NCBI GenBank assembly: GCA_963817955.1
Contig: CAWFQK010000004.1
Location: forward strand, 1,024,001-1,088,000
Source of the DNA: an uncultured Gemmatimonadaceae bacterium
GTDB lineage: Bacteria > Gemmatimonadota > Gemmatimonadetes > Gemmatimonadales > Gemmatimonadaceae
Direction of reading: 5' to 3'
DNA: 64,000 nt
Numbering within the stretch: position 1 is the stretch's first letter; each line of letters begins with the position of its first letter. Below the pieces are notes generated by a model. That model had not been told where the DNA came from, did no database searches, and was given only the letters and a program-made list of their open reading frames with translations. Of the stretch, positions 31,035 through 41,036 are shown piece by piece. The position numbers were made by a program, and so were the translations under genes.

Positions 31035-31123
31035 CGACTGAGCACCCACACACTGATGACTGATCACAGTCACCCGTCGTCCCGATCGCTTGATCCTGCC
31101 TGGCCACGAACAGCCATCCCGCC
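31002..31123. repeat. Right arm of 122-bp inverted repeat, containing the gene's stop codon
   Basis: Pairs with the left arm. Internal palindromes CCCCGAC-CT-GTCGGGG and CTCAGTCA/C...GACTGAG. Confidence 0.95.
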
Positions 31124-31142
31124 AGCCCGGCCCGCCAGGCTC

Positions 31143-31604
31143 TCACCCCGCCCGGTGCTTCGGCTGGTATGTTCCCACCTCCGACTGGAACGCCACCGCT
31201 AACCGATTCCACCCGTTAATGACGATCACCGCCATCGTCAGCTCGACGAGCTCCGCTTCCGCGAAGTGCTCGCGCGTCTCCTCATATAGCGCGTCGGGTA
31301 CGCCGGCACGTCCAATCTCCGTGACCACCTCCGCCCAAGCCAAGGCCGCGCGCTCCCGGGGCGTGAAGAATGGCGTCTCGCGCCACACCGGCACCGCGTA
31401 GATGCGCTGTTCCGTCTCGCCCTCGGCGCGCGCATCCTTGGTGTGCATGTCAATGCAGTAGGCGCAGCCGTTGACGTACGACGCGCGGATCTTCACGAGC
31501 TCGAGGAGCGTGCGCTCGAGGCCAGTCGAATTGACATAGTTCTCCATCGCGTACATCGCGCGATACGCTTCGGGGGCGGCGATCGAGTATTGAAGTCGCG
31601 TCAT
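31143..31604 (-). CDS. AhpD/carboxymuconolactone decarboxylase family protein (YdfG-like)
   Basis: ELVKIRAS.VNGCAYCIDMH, ERAALAW and INGWNR motifs, with a GGAGAG RBS. Confidence 0.92.
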   Translation of the reverse strand: MTRLQYSIAAPEAYRAMYAMENYVNSTGLERTLLELVKIRASYVNGCAYCIDMHTKDARAEGETEQRIYAVPVWRETPFFTPRERAALAWAEVVTEIGRAGVPDALYEETREHFAEAELVELTMAVIVINGWNRLAVAFQSEVGTYQPKHRAG

Positions 31605-31617
31605 CTCACTCTCCAGT

Positions 31618-31645
31618 GTCGTTGTACTCCGAAAGGAATGTGACA
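31618..31645 (-). promoter_or_regulatory. Candidate ECF41-type sigma promoter
   Basis: Minus strand TGTCACA-N17-CGAC just upstream of the AhpD-like gene. The ECF41 consensus as I recall it is TGTCACA-N16-CGTC. Confidence 0.5.
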
Positions 31646-31743
31646 ACCAGACGCCTGCCGGCGCTACAGCCACCACTCCTTGCCCCGACCGCAGGCGCCG
31701 ATAGCTTCATTGCATCTCGAACCGCCTCCCCTCGCTCAATCCC

Positions 31744-33558
31744 ATGTCACTTTCTCGCAGCCTCTCAGCCGCCGCGCTCGTCGCCGTAGCCGCGACCGCA
31801 GTGTCCGCGCAGCAGGCACCGACGTTCCCGACGAACAACCCCACGCTCCAGCGTATCTGGCGACTCGGCATGGACAGCTCGCATGCCCAGCCGCTCGCGC
31901 AAGCCCTGCTCGATTCCATCGGCCCGCGCCTCACCGGCGGTCCCGTGCTCCGCAGCGCCAGCGATTGGGCGATCAACACCTACAAGTCGTGGGGCATCGA
32001 CGCGAAGCGCGAGCAGTATGGCACCTGGCGCAGTTGGCGGCGCGGCGTGTCGCACATCGACCTCGTGGCGCCGCGCACGCGGTCGCTCGAGGGGATGATG
32101 CTCGCCTGGAGCCCTGGCACCAAGGGCAAGCCCGTCACCGCACAGGCGATCGTGTTGCCGAAATTCAAGGACAGCACGGAATTCGTGAAATGGCTGCCGC
32201 AGGCCAAAGGAAAGATCGTGCTCCTCTCCCCTGCGTGGCCCACGTGCCGTCCGAGTGAGGACTGGTACCGATGGGCAACACCGGCATCGATGGCTCGCAT
32301 GGACTCTTCCATCGCCGAGATGCAGCGTGAGTGGGCAGTGATGAACGACGCCGCCGGCCATCCGGACAGCACGAAGCTCTATCGTGGTACGGGCTACTCG
32401 CTGGCGCTCGGCACGGGCTCGCTCGGCATGCGTCTGGAGAAAGCGGGCGTCGCGGGCATGATCTCATCGCGTAACAAGCTGAGTGCGTTCCCCAATCCAT
32501 TCCAGGCGGATGGTGGCGGCCGCGGCGGTCGTGGTGGCGGTCGTGGTGGACGCGGCGGCCCGGCCGGCGGCGCGAGTGAGCGTGGCGGTGGCGGCCCGGG
32601 CGCGAACCTTCGTCCGACGCCGAGTGGCGAGCCGGGTCCTGCCGCAGCGCCAGTCGGCACGGGCGGTTGGGGCGTGATCGAAGTGTTCGAGACGTACAAC
32701 AAGACCGCACCCGCCGTGACGCTCACGTGCGAAGACTACGGTCTGGTGTACCGCCTCGCCGAGAACAAGCAGAAGCCGATGGTCCGCCTCGATCTCGATG
32801 CGCAGTTGCTGGGCGAACAGCCCGCGACCAACACCATCGCCATGATCAAGGGCACGGAGAAGCCAGACGAATACGTCGTCCTCTCGGCGCACTTCGACTC
32901 GTGGGATGGCTCGAGCGGCGCCACCGATAACGGCACCGGCACGGTGATGGCGATGGAAGCCATGCGAATTCTGAAACAAGTCTATCCCCATCCGAAGCGC
33001 ACGATCCTGGTCGGACACTGGGCGAGCGAGGAGCAGGGGCTGAACGGCTCGACGGCGTTCACCGAGGATCACCCCGAAGTGATGAAGGGATTGCAGGCGT
33101 TGTTCAATCAGGACAACGGCACGGGCCGCGTGCAGTCGCTGTCGGCCTCGGGTCTCACGGACATGGGCCATCACCTGAAGTCGTGGTATAATCAGCTCCC
33201 GAGCTTCTACACGGACAGCATGAGCCCGAACGTGGTGTCGTGGAGCTTCAACGACGTACCGGCTGGGAATCCGGGCGGCACAGACGGCGCGGTGTTCACG
33301 TGCAAGGGCACGCCGTCGTTCGGCATGGGCGCGGTGAACTGGAATTACACGGCCTACACGTGGCATACGAATCGCGACACGTATGACAAGATCGTGTTCG
33401 ACGATCTGAAGCACAACGCGACGTTGGCGGCGATGCTCGCGTACCTTGCGAGCGAAGATCCGACGTTCATCTCGCGCGAGAAATCTCCGGGCACGTGGCC
33501 CGCGAATTGGCCGGAGAACTGCGGCAAGGCGCCGCGCAAGACGCGTCCTCGTTTGTAA
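31744..33558 (+). CDS. Secreted M28 family peptidase (carboxypeptidase Q-like)
   Basis: IGPRLTG, AHFDSW, GATDNGTG, SEEQGL and WHT..DT motifs. Confidence 0.9.
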   Translation: MSLSRSLSAAALVAVAATAVSAQQAPTFPTNNPTLQRIWRLGMDSSHAQPLAQALLDSIGPRLTGGPVLRSASDWAINTYKSWGIDAKREQYGTWRSWRRGVSHIDLVAPRTRSLEGMMLAWSPGTKGKPVTAQAIVLPKFKDSTEFVKWLPQAKGKIVLLSPAWPTCRPSEDWYRWATPASMARMDSSIAEMQREWAVMNDAAGHPDSTKLYRGTGYSLALGTGSLGMRLEKAGVAGMISSRNKLSAFPNPFQADGGGRGGRGGGRGGRGGPAGGASERGGGGPGANLRPTPSGEPGPAAAPVGTGGWGVIEVFETYNKTAPAVTLTCEDYGLVYRLAENKQKPMVRLDLDAQLLGEQPATNTIAMIKGTEKPDEYVVLSAHFDSWDGSSGATDNGTGTVMAMEAMRILKQVYPHPKRTILVGHWASEEQGLNGSTAFTEDHPEVMKGLQALFNQDNGTGRVQSLSASGLTDMGHHLKSWYNQLPSFYTDSMSPNVVSWSFNDVPAGNPGGTDGAVFTCKGTPSFGMGAVNWNYTAYTWHTNRDTYDKIVFDDLKHNATLAAMLAYLASEDPTFISREKSPGTWPANWPENCGKAPRKTRPRL

Positions 33559-33568
33559 CCTGGTTCGA

Positions 33569-34054
33569 ATGCCCACACCAACGCCCTATCGTTCACTTCC
33601 TGCCGACCAGCGCATTGCGCTGGTCACGCACCTCATCAAGTCGGGCCGCGAAGCCAAGGCGCTGTACATCCAGCGCCTCGCCTCGCGGCACGGCGGCTTT
33701 CGCCTGGTGACGCTGCAAACGTGGTCGGCCGATCGCCTGGCGAAGGAAGTCGTACGCACGAACGCTCAGACCGCGCAGGACGAGTTCGATCTCATGCACC
33801 TGCTGTACGTCGATCTCGAGCCCCAATTTCAGATCACCTTTCTCGATGCCGCCGGCGTGAAGCACGAGGGCGGCACCATGCCGGACGACTTGGTGGCGCC
33901 GTATGCCGACGAAGCCTCGGTGCGACGAGGCGCGGCGGAATTGCGTGCCAAGTACGCTGAGGATGGCGAGCGGTACCTGCGCACACTTGCCAAGTACAAC
34001 CGCGAAGGGTGGCCGGGAATCGAGGCAATCGTGGAAGAGTTCAGCGCACACTGA
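33569..34054 (+). CDS. Hypothetical protein
   Basis: ATG 11 bp after the upstream stop, helical protein-like sequence. Confidence 0.7.
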   Translation: MPTPTPYRSLPADQRIALVTHLIKSGREAKALYIQRLASRHGGFRLVTLQTWSADRLAKEVVRTNAQTAQDEFDLMHLLYVDLEPQFQITFLDAAGVKHEGGTMPDDLVAPYADEASVRRGAAELRAKYAEDGERYLRTLAKYNREGWPGIEAIVEEFSAH

Positions 34055-35024
34055 GAGCGCCGCCGGGCCTCTCTGTCACGCGCGCCTCGCGCTCGCGTAT
34101 CACGTCCCGCGGCTTCTTGTCGCCGCGAAATCCCTGCAGCGACGGATGGCGAATACGGCCGTCGTCCGTCCACTCCGTGAAATCCACCTCAGCAACGAGC
34201 TTGGGCTTCACCCAGTGGACGTTCTTTAGGAGCCGTCCGCGCGGCTGCGGCTCGAAGGGCGCCTCCTTCACTTCCAGCGCGTCGAGCTGCCGGCGCAGCT
34301 TCCGTCCGAACGCGTCGCTCCACCCGCGGCCGGTGCCCACCTTTCCCGCGAAACGGAGCGCCGTGTCCTCGTAATACCCAATGAGTATTGCGCCAACACC
34401 GACGCGTGCCCCGGCAGGTTCGGTGAACCCGCCAACAACGAATTCCTGCCGCTTCAGACACTTGATCTTCTGCCACTCGGCCGAGCGCACACCGATCCGG
34501 TACGGCGCATCGCGCAGTTTGCTGACGATCCCTTCGGCACCACGCGCGCAAGCTTTCGACAAGAACATTTCGCCCTTGCTGTCGGTATGCGCCGTGTAGC
34601 GGATCAGGCCGGCGTGCGGTCCAACGAGGTCCTTCAGGCGGCGCTTCCGCTCCTCGAGCGGCAGCGGAGTGAGGTCCTCGCCGTTGAGCGCGAGCAGGTC
34701 GAAGGCAAAGTACGTCAGACCCTTTCTACTGCTGCCAAGCTGCTGCAGGAGTTGAAAGTTGGTCACGCCATGCTCGTCGAGCACGGTGATCTCGCCATCG
34801 AGAATCGCGCTCTTCGCGCCGAGCGTTTTTGCCGCGGCGGCAATCTCCGGATAAGCGGCTGTGTAGTCCTTGCCGCGCCGCGAAATGATTGCCACGGAGC
34901 GCCGCGTGACGAACACGCCCATGCGAAAGCCGTCGAGCTTGATCTCGTGAATCCAGCGTGGACCGGACGGCGGCCGATCGACGAGGAGCGCCTTCTGCGG
35001 ATGGTAGCGAGACGGCGTGAGCAT
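34041..35024 (-). CDS. ligD: ATP-dependent DNA ligase, LigD-type ligase domain only
   Basis: EIKLDGFR, LDGEI, FDLL, EGIVSK, W.KIKC, GKVGTG and RHPS motifs. No PE or polymerase domain. Confidence 0.88.
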   Translation of the reverse strand: MLTPSRYHPQKALLVDRPPSGPRWIHEIKLDGFRMGVFVTRRSVAIISRRGKDYTAAYPEIAAAAKTLGAKSAILDGEITVLDEHGVTNFQLLQQLGSSRKGLTYFAFDLLALNGEDLTPLPLEERKRRLKDLVGPHAGLIRYTAHTDSKGEMFLSKACARGAEGIVSKLRDAPYRIGVRSAEWQKIKCLKRQEFVVGGFTEPAGARVGVGAILIGYYEDTALRFAGKVGTGRGWSDAFGRKLRRQLDALEVKEAPFEPQPRGRLLKNVHWVKPKLVAEVDFTEWTDDGRIRHPSLQGFRGDKKPRDVIREREARVTERPGGALSVR

Positions 35025-35150
35025 TGGTCTAGATTCTATCCGAGACGGTCCGCATTTTTCGAGCGAATCCGTTTTCACTGACGGGCTCGCCAAGCCAGTC
35101 GTCGATGGAGATACGATCATGATCGTTGACGCCAGGCAGCGGAGGATCGA

Positions 35151-36290
35151 ATGATGGAGCTGTCTCGCGACGAGCGACTCCGCTACAGCCGGCATCTCGT
35201 GCTTCCCGACGTTGCGCTCGAGGGGCAAGAGAAGCTCAAGGCGGCGCGCGTTGTCCTCATCGGCGCCGGCGGATTAGGTTCGCCCGCCGCGCTGTATCTC
35301 GCCGCCGCCGGCGTCGGCACGCTCGGTCTCGTGGACTTCGACGTCGTGGACGTCACGAACCTGCAGCGCCAGGTATTGTACGGCACCAGTGACGTCGGGC
35401 GGCCCAAGCTTGACTCGGCGCGCGATCGCATCGCCGATCTCAATCCGCACGTGCACATCGAGACGTACGAGACGCGCCTCACGGCGGCGAACGCGCTCGA
35501 CATTCTGCGCGACTACGACGTCGTCGTGGACGGCACGGACAATTTCGCCACGCGCTATCTCACGAACGATGCGTGCGTCATACTCGGCAAGCCAAACGTC
35601 TACGGGTCGATCTTCCGGTTCGAGGGCCAGGCGTCGGTGTTCTCGACACCGGAGGGACCGTGCTACCGCTGTCTCTTCCCCACACCGCCCCCGGCCGGCC
35701 TGGTACCTAGCTGCGCCGAAGGCGGGGTGCTGGGCGTGCTGCCCGGCCTCGTGGGAACTGTCCAGGCAACGGAAGCAGTGAAGCTGATCCTCGGCATCGG
35801 CGATTCGCTCGCCGGACGCTTGCTGCTCATCGATGCGATGAACATGCGCTTTCGCACCATACGCATACAGCGCGACACGGCCTGTCCCGCGTGCGGAACG
35901 CGGCAGATCACGGAATTGATCGACTACGACGAATTCTGCGCCGGCCCCAACGCCACGCCGCACGATGAGGGCAAGATTGTGGACATCACACCGCGCGAGC
36001 TCGCCGACCGCATGTCGGCCGACAACGAGATCACGCTGATCGACGTGAGAGAGCCGTACGAGTGGCAGATCGGGCACATCGCCGGCGCGAGACTCATTCC
36101 GCTCGGCCAGCTCCCAAGCGAGTTGTCGTCGCTCGATCGCACGCGCGAAATCGTCGTGTACTGTCGGTCAGGAATGCGAAGCGCGAATGCGGCTGAACAG
36201 TTGAGATCCGCTGGCTTCCGCGTTGCGAATCTCGCCGGCGGCATTCTCCGCTGGAGCGACGACGTCGACCCGGGTGTTCCGAAGTATTGA
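35151..36290 (+). CDS. moeB: Molybdopterin-synthase adenylyltransferase with rhodanese domain
   Basis: RYSRH, GAGGLG, NLQRQ, CYRC, SCAEGGVLG, CPAC and C-terminal CRSGMRS. Confidence 0.93.
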   Translation: MMELSRDERLRYSRHLVLPDVALEGQEKLKAARVVLIGAGGLGSPAALYLAAAGVGTLGLVDFDVVDVTNLQRQVLYGTSDVGRPKLDSARDRIADLNPHVHIETYETRLTAANALDILRDYDVVVDGTDNFATRYLTNDACVILGKPNVYGSIFRFEGQASVFSTPEGPCYRCLFPTPPPAGLVPSCAEGGVLGVLPGLVGTVQATEAVKLILGIGDSLAGRLLLIDAMNMRFRTIRIQRDTACPACGTRQITELIDYDEFCAGPNATPHDEGKIVDITPRELADRMSADNEITLIDVREPYEWQIGHIAGARLIPLGQLPSELSSLDRTREIVVYCRSGMRSANAAEQLRSAGFRVANLAGGILRWSDDVDPGVPKY

Positions 36291-36434
36291 CGCCCGTTCA
36301 TCTGGTCGCGGCTGTCCGACACAAACCACAGCCTGGCCGCGTAGAACACTCTGACTACTGGCGCTTCGCCAGCGCGGTCGATATCTCCTCAGTAACGGCC
36401 CTGTTTCCACACGCTTTGCGTGCATCGCCACTAT

Positions 36435-39400
36435 ATGCCTTCCGTCTTTCAACACGTCCTCGCCCGAACGACGCGTGCCTTGCTGTGCTCCATCTTCATC
36501 AGCTGCGCTCTCCTGCCCTTTGTCGCACGGCAGGCGGCAGCGCAAATCGGCACGACAACCCAGATCATCACCGGCAAAGTGGTCGGACCCGATAGCCTGG
36601 CGCTCGCTGGCGCGCATGTCGACATCACGTCGGTGGAAACAGGAGTCGTCAAGCACACGCTCACTCGCGCCGACGGGCGTTTCTCCCTGCTCTTCCGCGA
36701 CGGAGGCGCGCAGTACATCGTCAAAGTCACGTATATCGGTATGGCGCCTGCCACGGTCACGCTGGCACGTCAGGCGGATGAGGATCGGCTCGTGGCGGAG
36801 GTGCGCATGGGCCGCACGGCAGTGCAGCTCTCGGCCGTGCAAGTGCGGGCGGCAAACAATCGCGCTGGAGGGCCCGGCGCCTCGAACGCCGGCGGCTCCG
36901 GTAGTGCGCTGCCCACGCAACTTCTGGAGCGCCTGCCGGTGAACTTCGGCGACCTCGCGACCGTCGCGGCGTTGGCACCTGGCGTCATTCCCACGTCGGC
37001 GACCGACTCGACGCCGGCGTCGTTCTCCGTCGCCGGCCAGCCCGCCAACCAGAACAACGTCACAGTGGACGGTAGCTCGTTCCTGTTCGGCAGCCTGCCG
37101 CAGGACGCCGTGCGCGCGGTCCGCGTCGTGACGAACGCATACGACGTGAGCCGCGGACAGTTCACCGGCGGCCAGATTGCCACCACCACCAAGAGTGGCA
37201 CGGCGGATTTCCAGGGCACGGCCACGGTCAACCGGCAAGAGCCGTCGCTGCAATTCCCCACGTCCACCTCGCCAACCTTCGGGCAGAAGTACACCCAGAG
37301 TACGGGCAGCTTCGGTGTGGGTGGTCCGCTCAAGACCGACGAGATCTTCTACTTCGGATCGCTGCAGTACGATCGGCGCTCCGACGCCGTCGCATCGCTG
37401 CTCGATGCGAGCCCCGGCGCTCTCGCCAACCTTGGCGCCAACCCGGACTCGGTCGCTCGCTTTCTCCAGTTGGCGGCACGGAATGGCCTCAACGGCCTCT
37501 CCATCGCTCCCGACTCTCGGACGTCCTCCACGACGAGCGCCCTGGCGCGAATCGACTGGGACATGAACGACTCGCACTCACTCATGTTGCGGGGTGACTA
37601 TCGCCACCTGACGCAGGATGCAACGCGCATCGCACCACTCGCGCTCCCGCAAACCGGTGGCAACATGAGCTCCGACGGCGGAGGCGCCATGGCAACGCTC
37701 ACGTCGAGCCTCGGCAACTTCATCAACGAAGGCCGTGCCTATGCATCGGCGGATCATCAGTCTGCGTCGGCGTTCCTCACCGCGCCGCTCGGCGTCGTAA
37801 CGGTCGCCTCTGACGTTGCCGCCGGCGCGACGACTGGCGGTGTCGCATCGCTGCAGTTCGGTGGCAATCCCGGCCTGCCTCGCGCGTCGACGAATCGCCT
37901 CGTCGAGGTGTCGGACGAGCTGTCCTGGCTCGCCGGCAGCGCCCATCGTCTCAAGATCGGCGCGCTGCTCAACGAGACCCGCTCCACCGTCGGCGTCGTG
38001 CCCAACCGCTACGGCTCCTTTCTCTACAACTCACTCGCCGATTTCGACGCCGGGCATCCCGCGCTGTTCTCCCGCGCGTTGTCCGGCGTCGACCAGTCGT
38101 CCGGCGCCGACAACGCGGCGCTGTACCTGGGCGACGCGTGGCGCCACTCGGGCACGCTGCAGATTACGTACGGCGTTCGCGCGGAAGCAACGCGACTGCC
38201 CGGCGCTCCCGCGGAGAACGCAGCGGTGACGCAGGCGTTCGGTCGCTCCACGAGCGACTGGCCCACCGACTTCCGTGTCACGCCGCGCTTCGGGTTTACA
38301 TATCTCATATGGAATGACGCCGGCCTGCCGACCGGGTCGGTCCGGGGCGGCATCGGCGAATTCCGCGGCACCGTTCCCTCGCCGCTCGTCGGCGCGGTCC
38401 GCAACGCCACCGGGCTCGCCGGGACGCAGACGAATCTGCTCTGCGTCGGTTCGGCGGTTCCGACGACGAACTGGGCAGCCTACGTCGCCGATCCATCGAC
38501 CATCCCGAGCACGTGCGTAGGTGGCGCGGCGCCGAATCTGTCGTCGGCCCAGCCGACGATCCTGCTGTTCGACCCGAACTTCGGCGCACCCGCCGTATGG
38601 CGTGCGTCGCTCGGATTCGCGCGACGCATCGGCGACCTGTATTCAGTGGGCCTGGACGGCCTGTTCGCCTACGGCGTGAGCTCCCCTGTCGCCACGGACA
38701 TCAATCTCCCTCAGCCGAACTTTGCGCTGGCATCGGAGGACGGGCGGCCGGTCTTTGCGCGTCCAATTGACATCGTGCCAACCACCGGCAGCATCGGTGC
38801 GCTCACGACGCGACCGCATCCGGAATTTGGTCCGGTGCTCTCCCTGGGGTCGGGGCTCAAGTCGCGCACCGGCCAGCTCACCGCCACGATGAATGCGCCG
38901 GGTTTCCACGCGGGGATCACGACCCTGGCGTATACGTTCAACCGCGTGATCGATCAATCGAATGGATACGCGCTCGGCGCGTATCTGCCGACGACCTCGG
39001 GCAATCCCAACAGCATCGAATGGGGCACGAGTGATCTGGAGCGCCGGCACCAGTTTCTGGCAACATCCTTGATGCAGTTCAGCCACGGCTTCGATTTCAA
39101 CTTCATTGGTCGCTTGCTCTCCGGGCCACGCTACACGCCGGTGGTGAACGGTGACATCAATGGCGACGGCATGCGAAACGACCGCGCCTTCATCTCGCAA
39201 ACCGGGGCACTCGGCGGTCAGATCTCGCAGTTGATCACCACGACGGACGAACGCGCCTCCGACTGCCTGCGCTCGCAGTTGGGACGCGTAGCGTCGCGCA
39301 ACTCGTGCACAACGCCGTGGACGCCACAGCTCGACATGCAACTCGATTGGCAGCCGCGCGCCGCGGCACTTGACGATCGGCTCACCGTATCACTCGTCAT

Positions 39401-40088
39401 GACCAACACCCTCGCCGGCGTCGATCGCATGTTGCACGGCAGCGCCATCCACGGATGGGGTCAGCCGGTGATACCGGATCGCAACCTGCTCACCCTCACG
39501 GGCTTCGACCCGTTGACGCAGCAGTATCAATATCATGTGAACACGCACTTCGGCACGCCGGTGGGCGCCGGGAGCGCGTTCCTCGTGCCCTTCCAGATCG
39601 GCCTACGCGCCCATGTGACGCTCGGCACGGATCCAGTCAAGGCACAGATCAAGGCCGTCACGGGCGGAGCGAACGGTCAGCAGGCGTCAGTGGAGGAGAT
39701 CAAGGCGCGTATTCTCAAGGGCGTACCATATCCGGTGAAGTTGCTGCTCGACCAGGCTGACTCATTGGAGCTGGGCCTGACGCGGGATCAACGCGTGAAG
39801 CTCACGGCGATCAACGCGGTATACGCCAAGCAGATCGACTCGGTGGGCAACGTCGTCGCCGAGATCCTGCGCGCGGCGGGGCCACGTCCCGATCTCGGAG
39901 CGCTCGCCCCCAAGTTACAGGGTATCAACATGGGCGTGATCAAGGCGCTGTCCCAATCGGTAAAGGACGCGCAGGCAGCACTGACCCCCGAGCAATGGGT
40001 CAAGGTGCCGCAGCGCATTCGCCTGCCGCTCTCCGCGCCACCACCGGCTGCCAACGGTGCCGCGGGGCGGCCACCGGAGGATGGCTGA
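36435..40088 (+). CDS. TonB-dependent receptor-like protein (Oar-type) with carboxypeptidase-regulatory-like N-domain and C-terminal helical extension
   Basis: Signal peptide, ITGKV..., NNVTVDG, GQFTGG...TTKSGT plug motif, amphipathic beta-strands. Confidence 0.8.
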   Translation: MPSVFQHVLARTTRALLCSIFISCALLPFVARQAAAQIGTTTQIITGKVVGPDSLALAGAHVDITSVETGVVKHTLTRADGRFSLLFRDGGAQYIVKVTYIGMAPATVTLARQADEDRLVAEVRMGRTAVQLSAVQVRAANNRAGGPGASNAGGSGSALPTQLLERLPVNFGDLATVAALAPGVIPTSATDSTPASFSVAGQPANQNNVTVDGSSFLFGSLPQDAVRAVRVVTNAYDVSRGQFTGGQIATTTKSGTADFQGTATVNRQEPSLQFPTSTSPTFGQKYTQSTGSFGVGGPLKTDEIFYFGSLQYDRRSDAVASLLDASPGALANLGANPDSVARFLQLAARNGLNGLSIAPDSRTSSTTSALARIDWDMNDSHSLMLRGDYRHLTQDATRIAPLALPQTGGNMSSDGGGAMATLTSSLGNFINEGRAYASADHQSASAFLTAPLGVVTVASDVAAGATTGGVASLQFGGNPGLPRASTNRLVEVSDELSWLAGSAHRLKIGALLNETRSTVGVVPNRYGSFLYNSLADFDAGHPALFSRALSGVDQSSGADNAALYLGDAWRHSGTLQITYGVRAEATRLPGAPAENAAVTQAFGRSTSDWPTDFRVTPRFGFTYLIWNDAGLPTGSVRGGIGEFRGTVPSPLVGAVRNATGLAGTQTNLLCVGSAVPTTNWAAYVADPSTIPSTCVGGAAPNLSSAQPTILLFDPNFGAPAVWRASLGFARRIGDLYSVGLDGLFAYGVSSPVATDINLPQPNFALASEDGRPVFARPIDIVPTTGSIGALTTRPHPEFGPVLSLGSGLKSRTGQLTATMNAPGFHAGITTLAYTFNRVIDQSNGYALGAYLPTTSGNPNSIEWGTSDLERRHQFLATSLMQFSHGFDFNFIGRLLSGPRYTPVVNGDINGDGMRNDRAFISQTGALGGQISQLITTTDERASDCLRSQLGRVASRNSCTTPWTPQLDMQLDWQPRAAALDDRLTVSLVMTNTLAGVDRMLHGSAIHGWGQPVIPDRNLLTLTGFDPLTQQYQYHVNTHFGTPVGAGSAFLVPFQIGLRAHVTLGTDPVKAQIKAVTGGANGQQASVEEIKARILKGVPYPVKLLLDQADSLELGLTRDQRVKLTAINAVYAKQIDSVGNVVAEILRAAGPRPDLGALAPKLQGINMGVIKALSQSVKDAQAALTPEQWVKVPQRIRLPLSAPPPAANGAAGRPPEDG

Positions 40089-40120
40089 CGAGACGCGGGC
40101 GGGGGCACGAGATACGAGAG
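40088..40120 (+). repeat. Degenerate GACACGA-type heptamer array
   Basis: acgagac gcgggcg ggggcac gagatac gagaggt, directly after the receptor stop. Confidence 0.55.
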
Positions 40121-40159
40121 GTGACTAGTTTGGGATAGCACCTCTTGGGGGGTAGCACC

Positions 40160-41035
40160 GTGCAGATTCTGTATGTGGCGGCTGGATTGGTGGCCGCCTA
40201 CGTGCTGTCGAGCATCCGCGTTCTCGCCCAGTATGAGCGCGGCGTCGTGTTCTTCCTGGGCAAGTACACTGGAACGCGCGGCCCGGGACTGGTATTCGTG
40301 CCGTCGATCCTCGCGCGCATGAGAACGGTGTCAATGCGCGTCGTCGTTCTCGACATCCCGCCGCAGGACGTGATCACGCGCGACAACATCTCCGTGAAGG
40401 TGAACGCGGTACTCTACTTCCGCGTCGGAGACCCGTCGCTCGCCGTTATCGAAGTGCAGGACTTTCTCCATGCCACGGCGCAGCTCGCTCAGACGACGCT
40501 GCTCTCCGTGCTTGGGCAGGTCGAGCTCGACGAGCTGCTCGCCGACCGCCGCAAGGTCAACGAGATTCTGAAGGAGATCATCGACGAGCGCACGGACTTC
40601 TGGGGCATCGAGGTCTCGGCAGTTGAAATCAAGGACGTGCTGCTGCCCGATACGATGCGGCGGGCGATTGCGCGTCAGGCTGAGGCAGAGCGCGAACGGC
40701 GCGCAAAGGTCATCAGCGCGCAGGGCGAGCTGCAGGCCTCGGAGACGTTGGCGCAGGCAGCGCGCATGCTGCAGAGCCAACCCGCATCCATCCAGCTCCG
40801 ATATCTGCAAACCGTCACCGAGATCGCGTCGGAGAACAATTCGACGGTCATCTTCCCGCTCCCGATCGATCTGCTCAAGCCATTCTTCCAGCGAGCCGAC
40901 GATTCGGTCGCCGCAACGACGCCGGCTGGCGCGGGATTGCCTCCCGCAGTGCTCCCGAGCGCGCTCGGGGCCGGCGAGGCACTGCCGCAGATCTCGTTCG
41001 GTCGCGAAGCCAAGAGCAAACCGGGCTCGTCGTAA
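40160..41035 (+). CDS. Slipin/SPFH (stomatin-like) protein
   Basis: [28 protein letters not shown] and LRYLQT motifs. Confidence 0.93.
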   Translation: MQILYVAAGLVAAYVLSSIRVLAQYERGVVFFLGKYTGTRGPGLVFVPSILARMRTVSMRVVVLDIPPQDVITRDNISVKVNAVLYFRVGDPSLAVIEVQDFLHATAQLAQTTLLSVLGQVELDELLADRRKVNEILKEIIDERTDFWGIEVSAVEIKDVLLPDTMRRAIARQAEAERERRAKVISAQGELQASETLAQAARMLQSQPASIQLRYLQTVTEIASENNSTVIFPLPIDLLKPFFQRADDSVAATTPAGAGLPPAVLPSALGAGEALPQISFGREAKSKPGSS

Positions 41036-41036
41036 G

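Noticed and set aside
30462..31123. Diversity-generating retroelement or classical IS
   Set aside because: There is an Avd-like fold, but no reverse transcriptase, TR/VR pair, transposase or target-site duplication was seen in the window.
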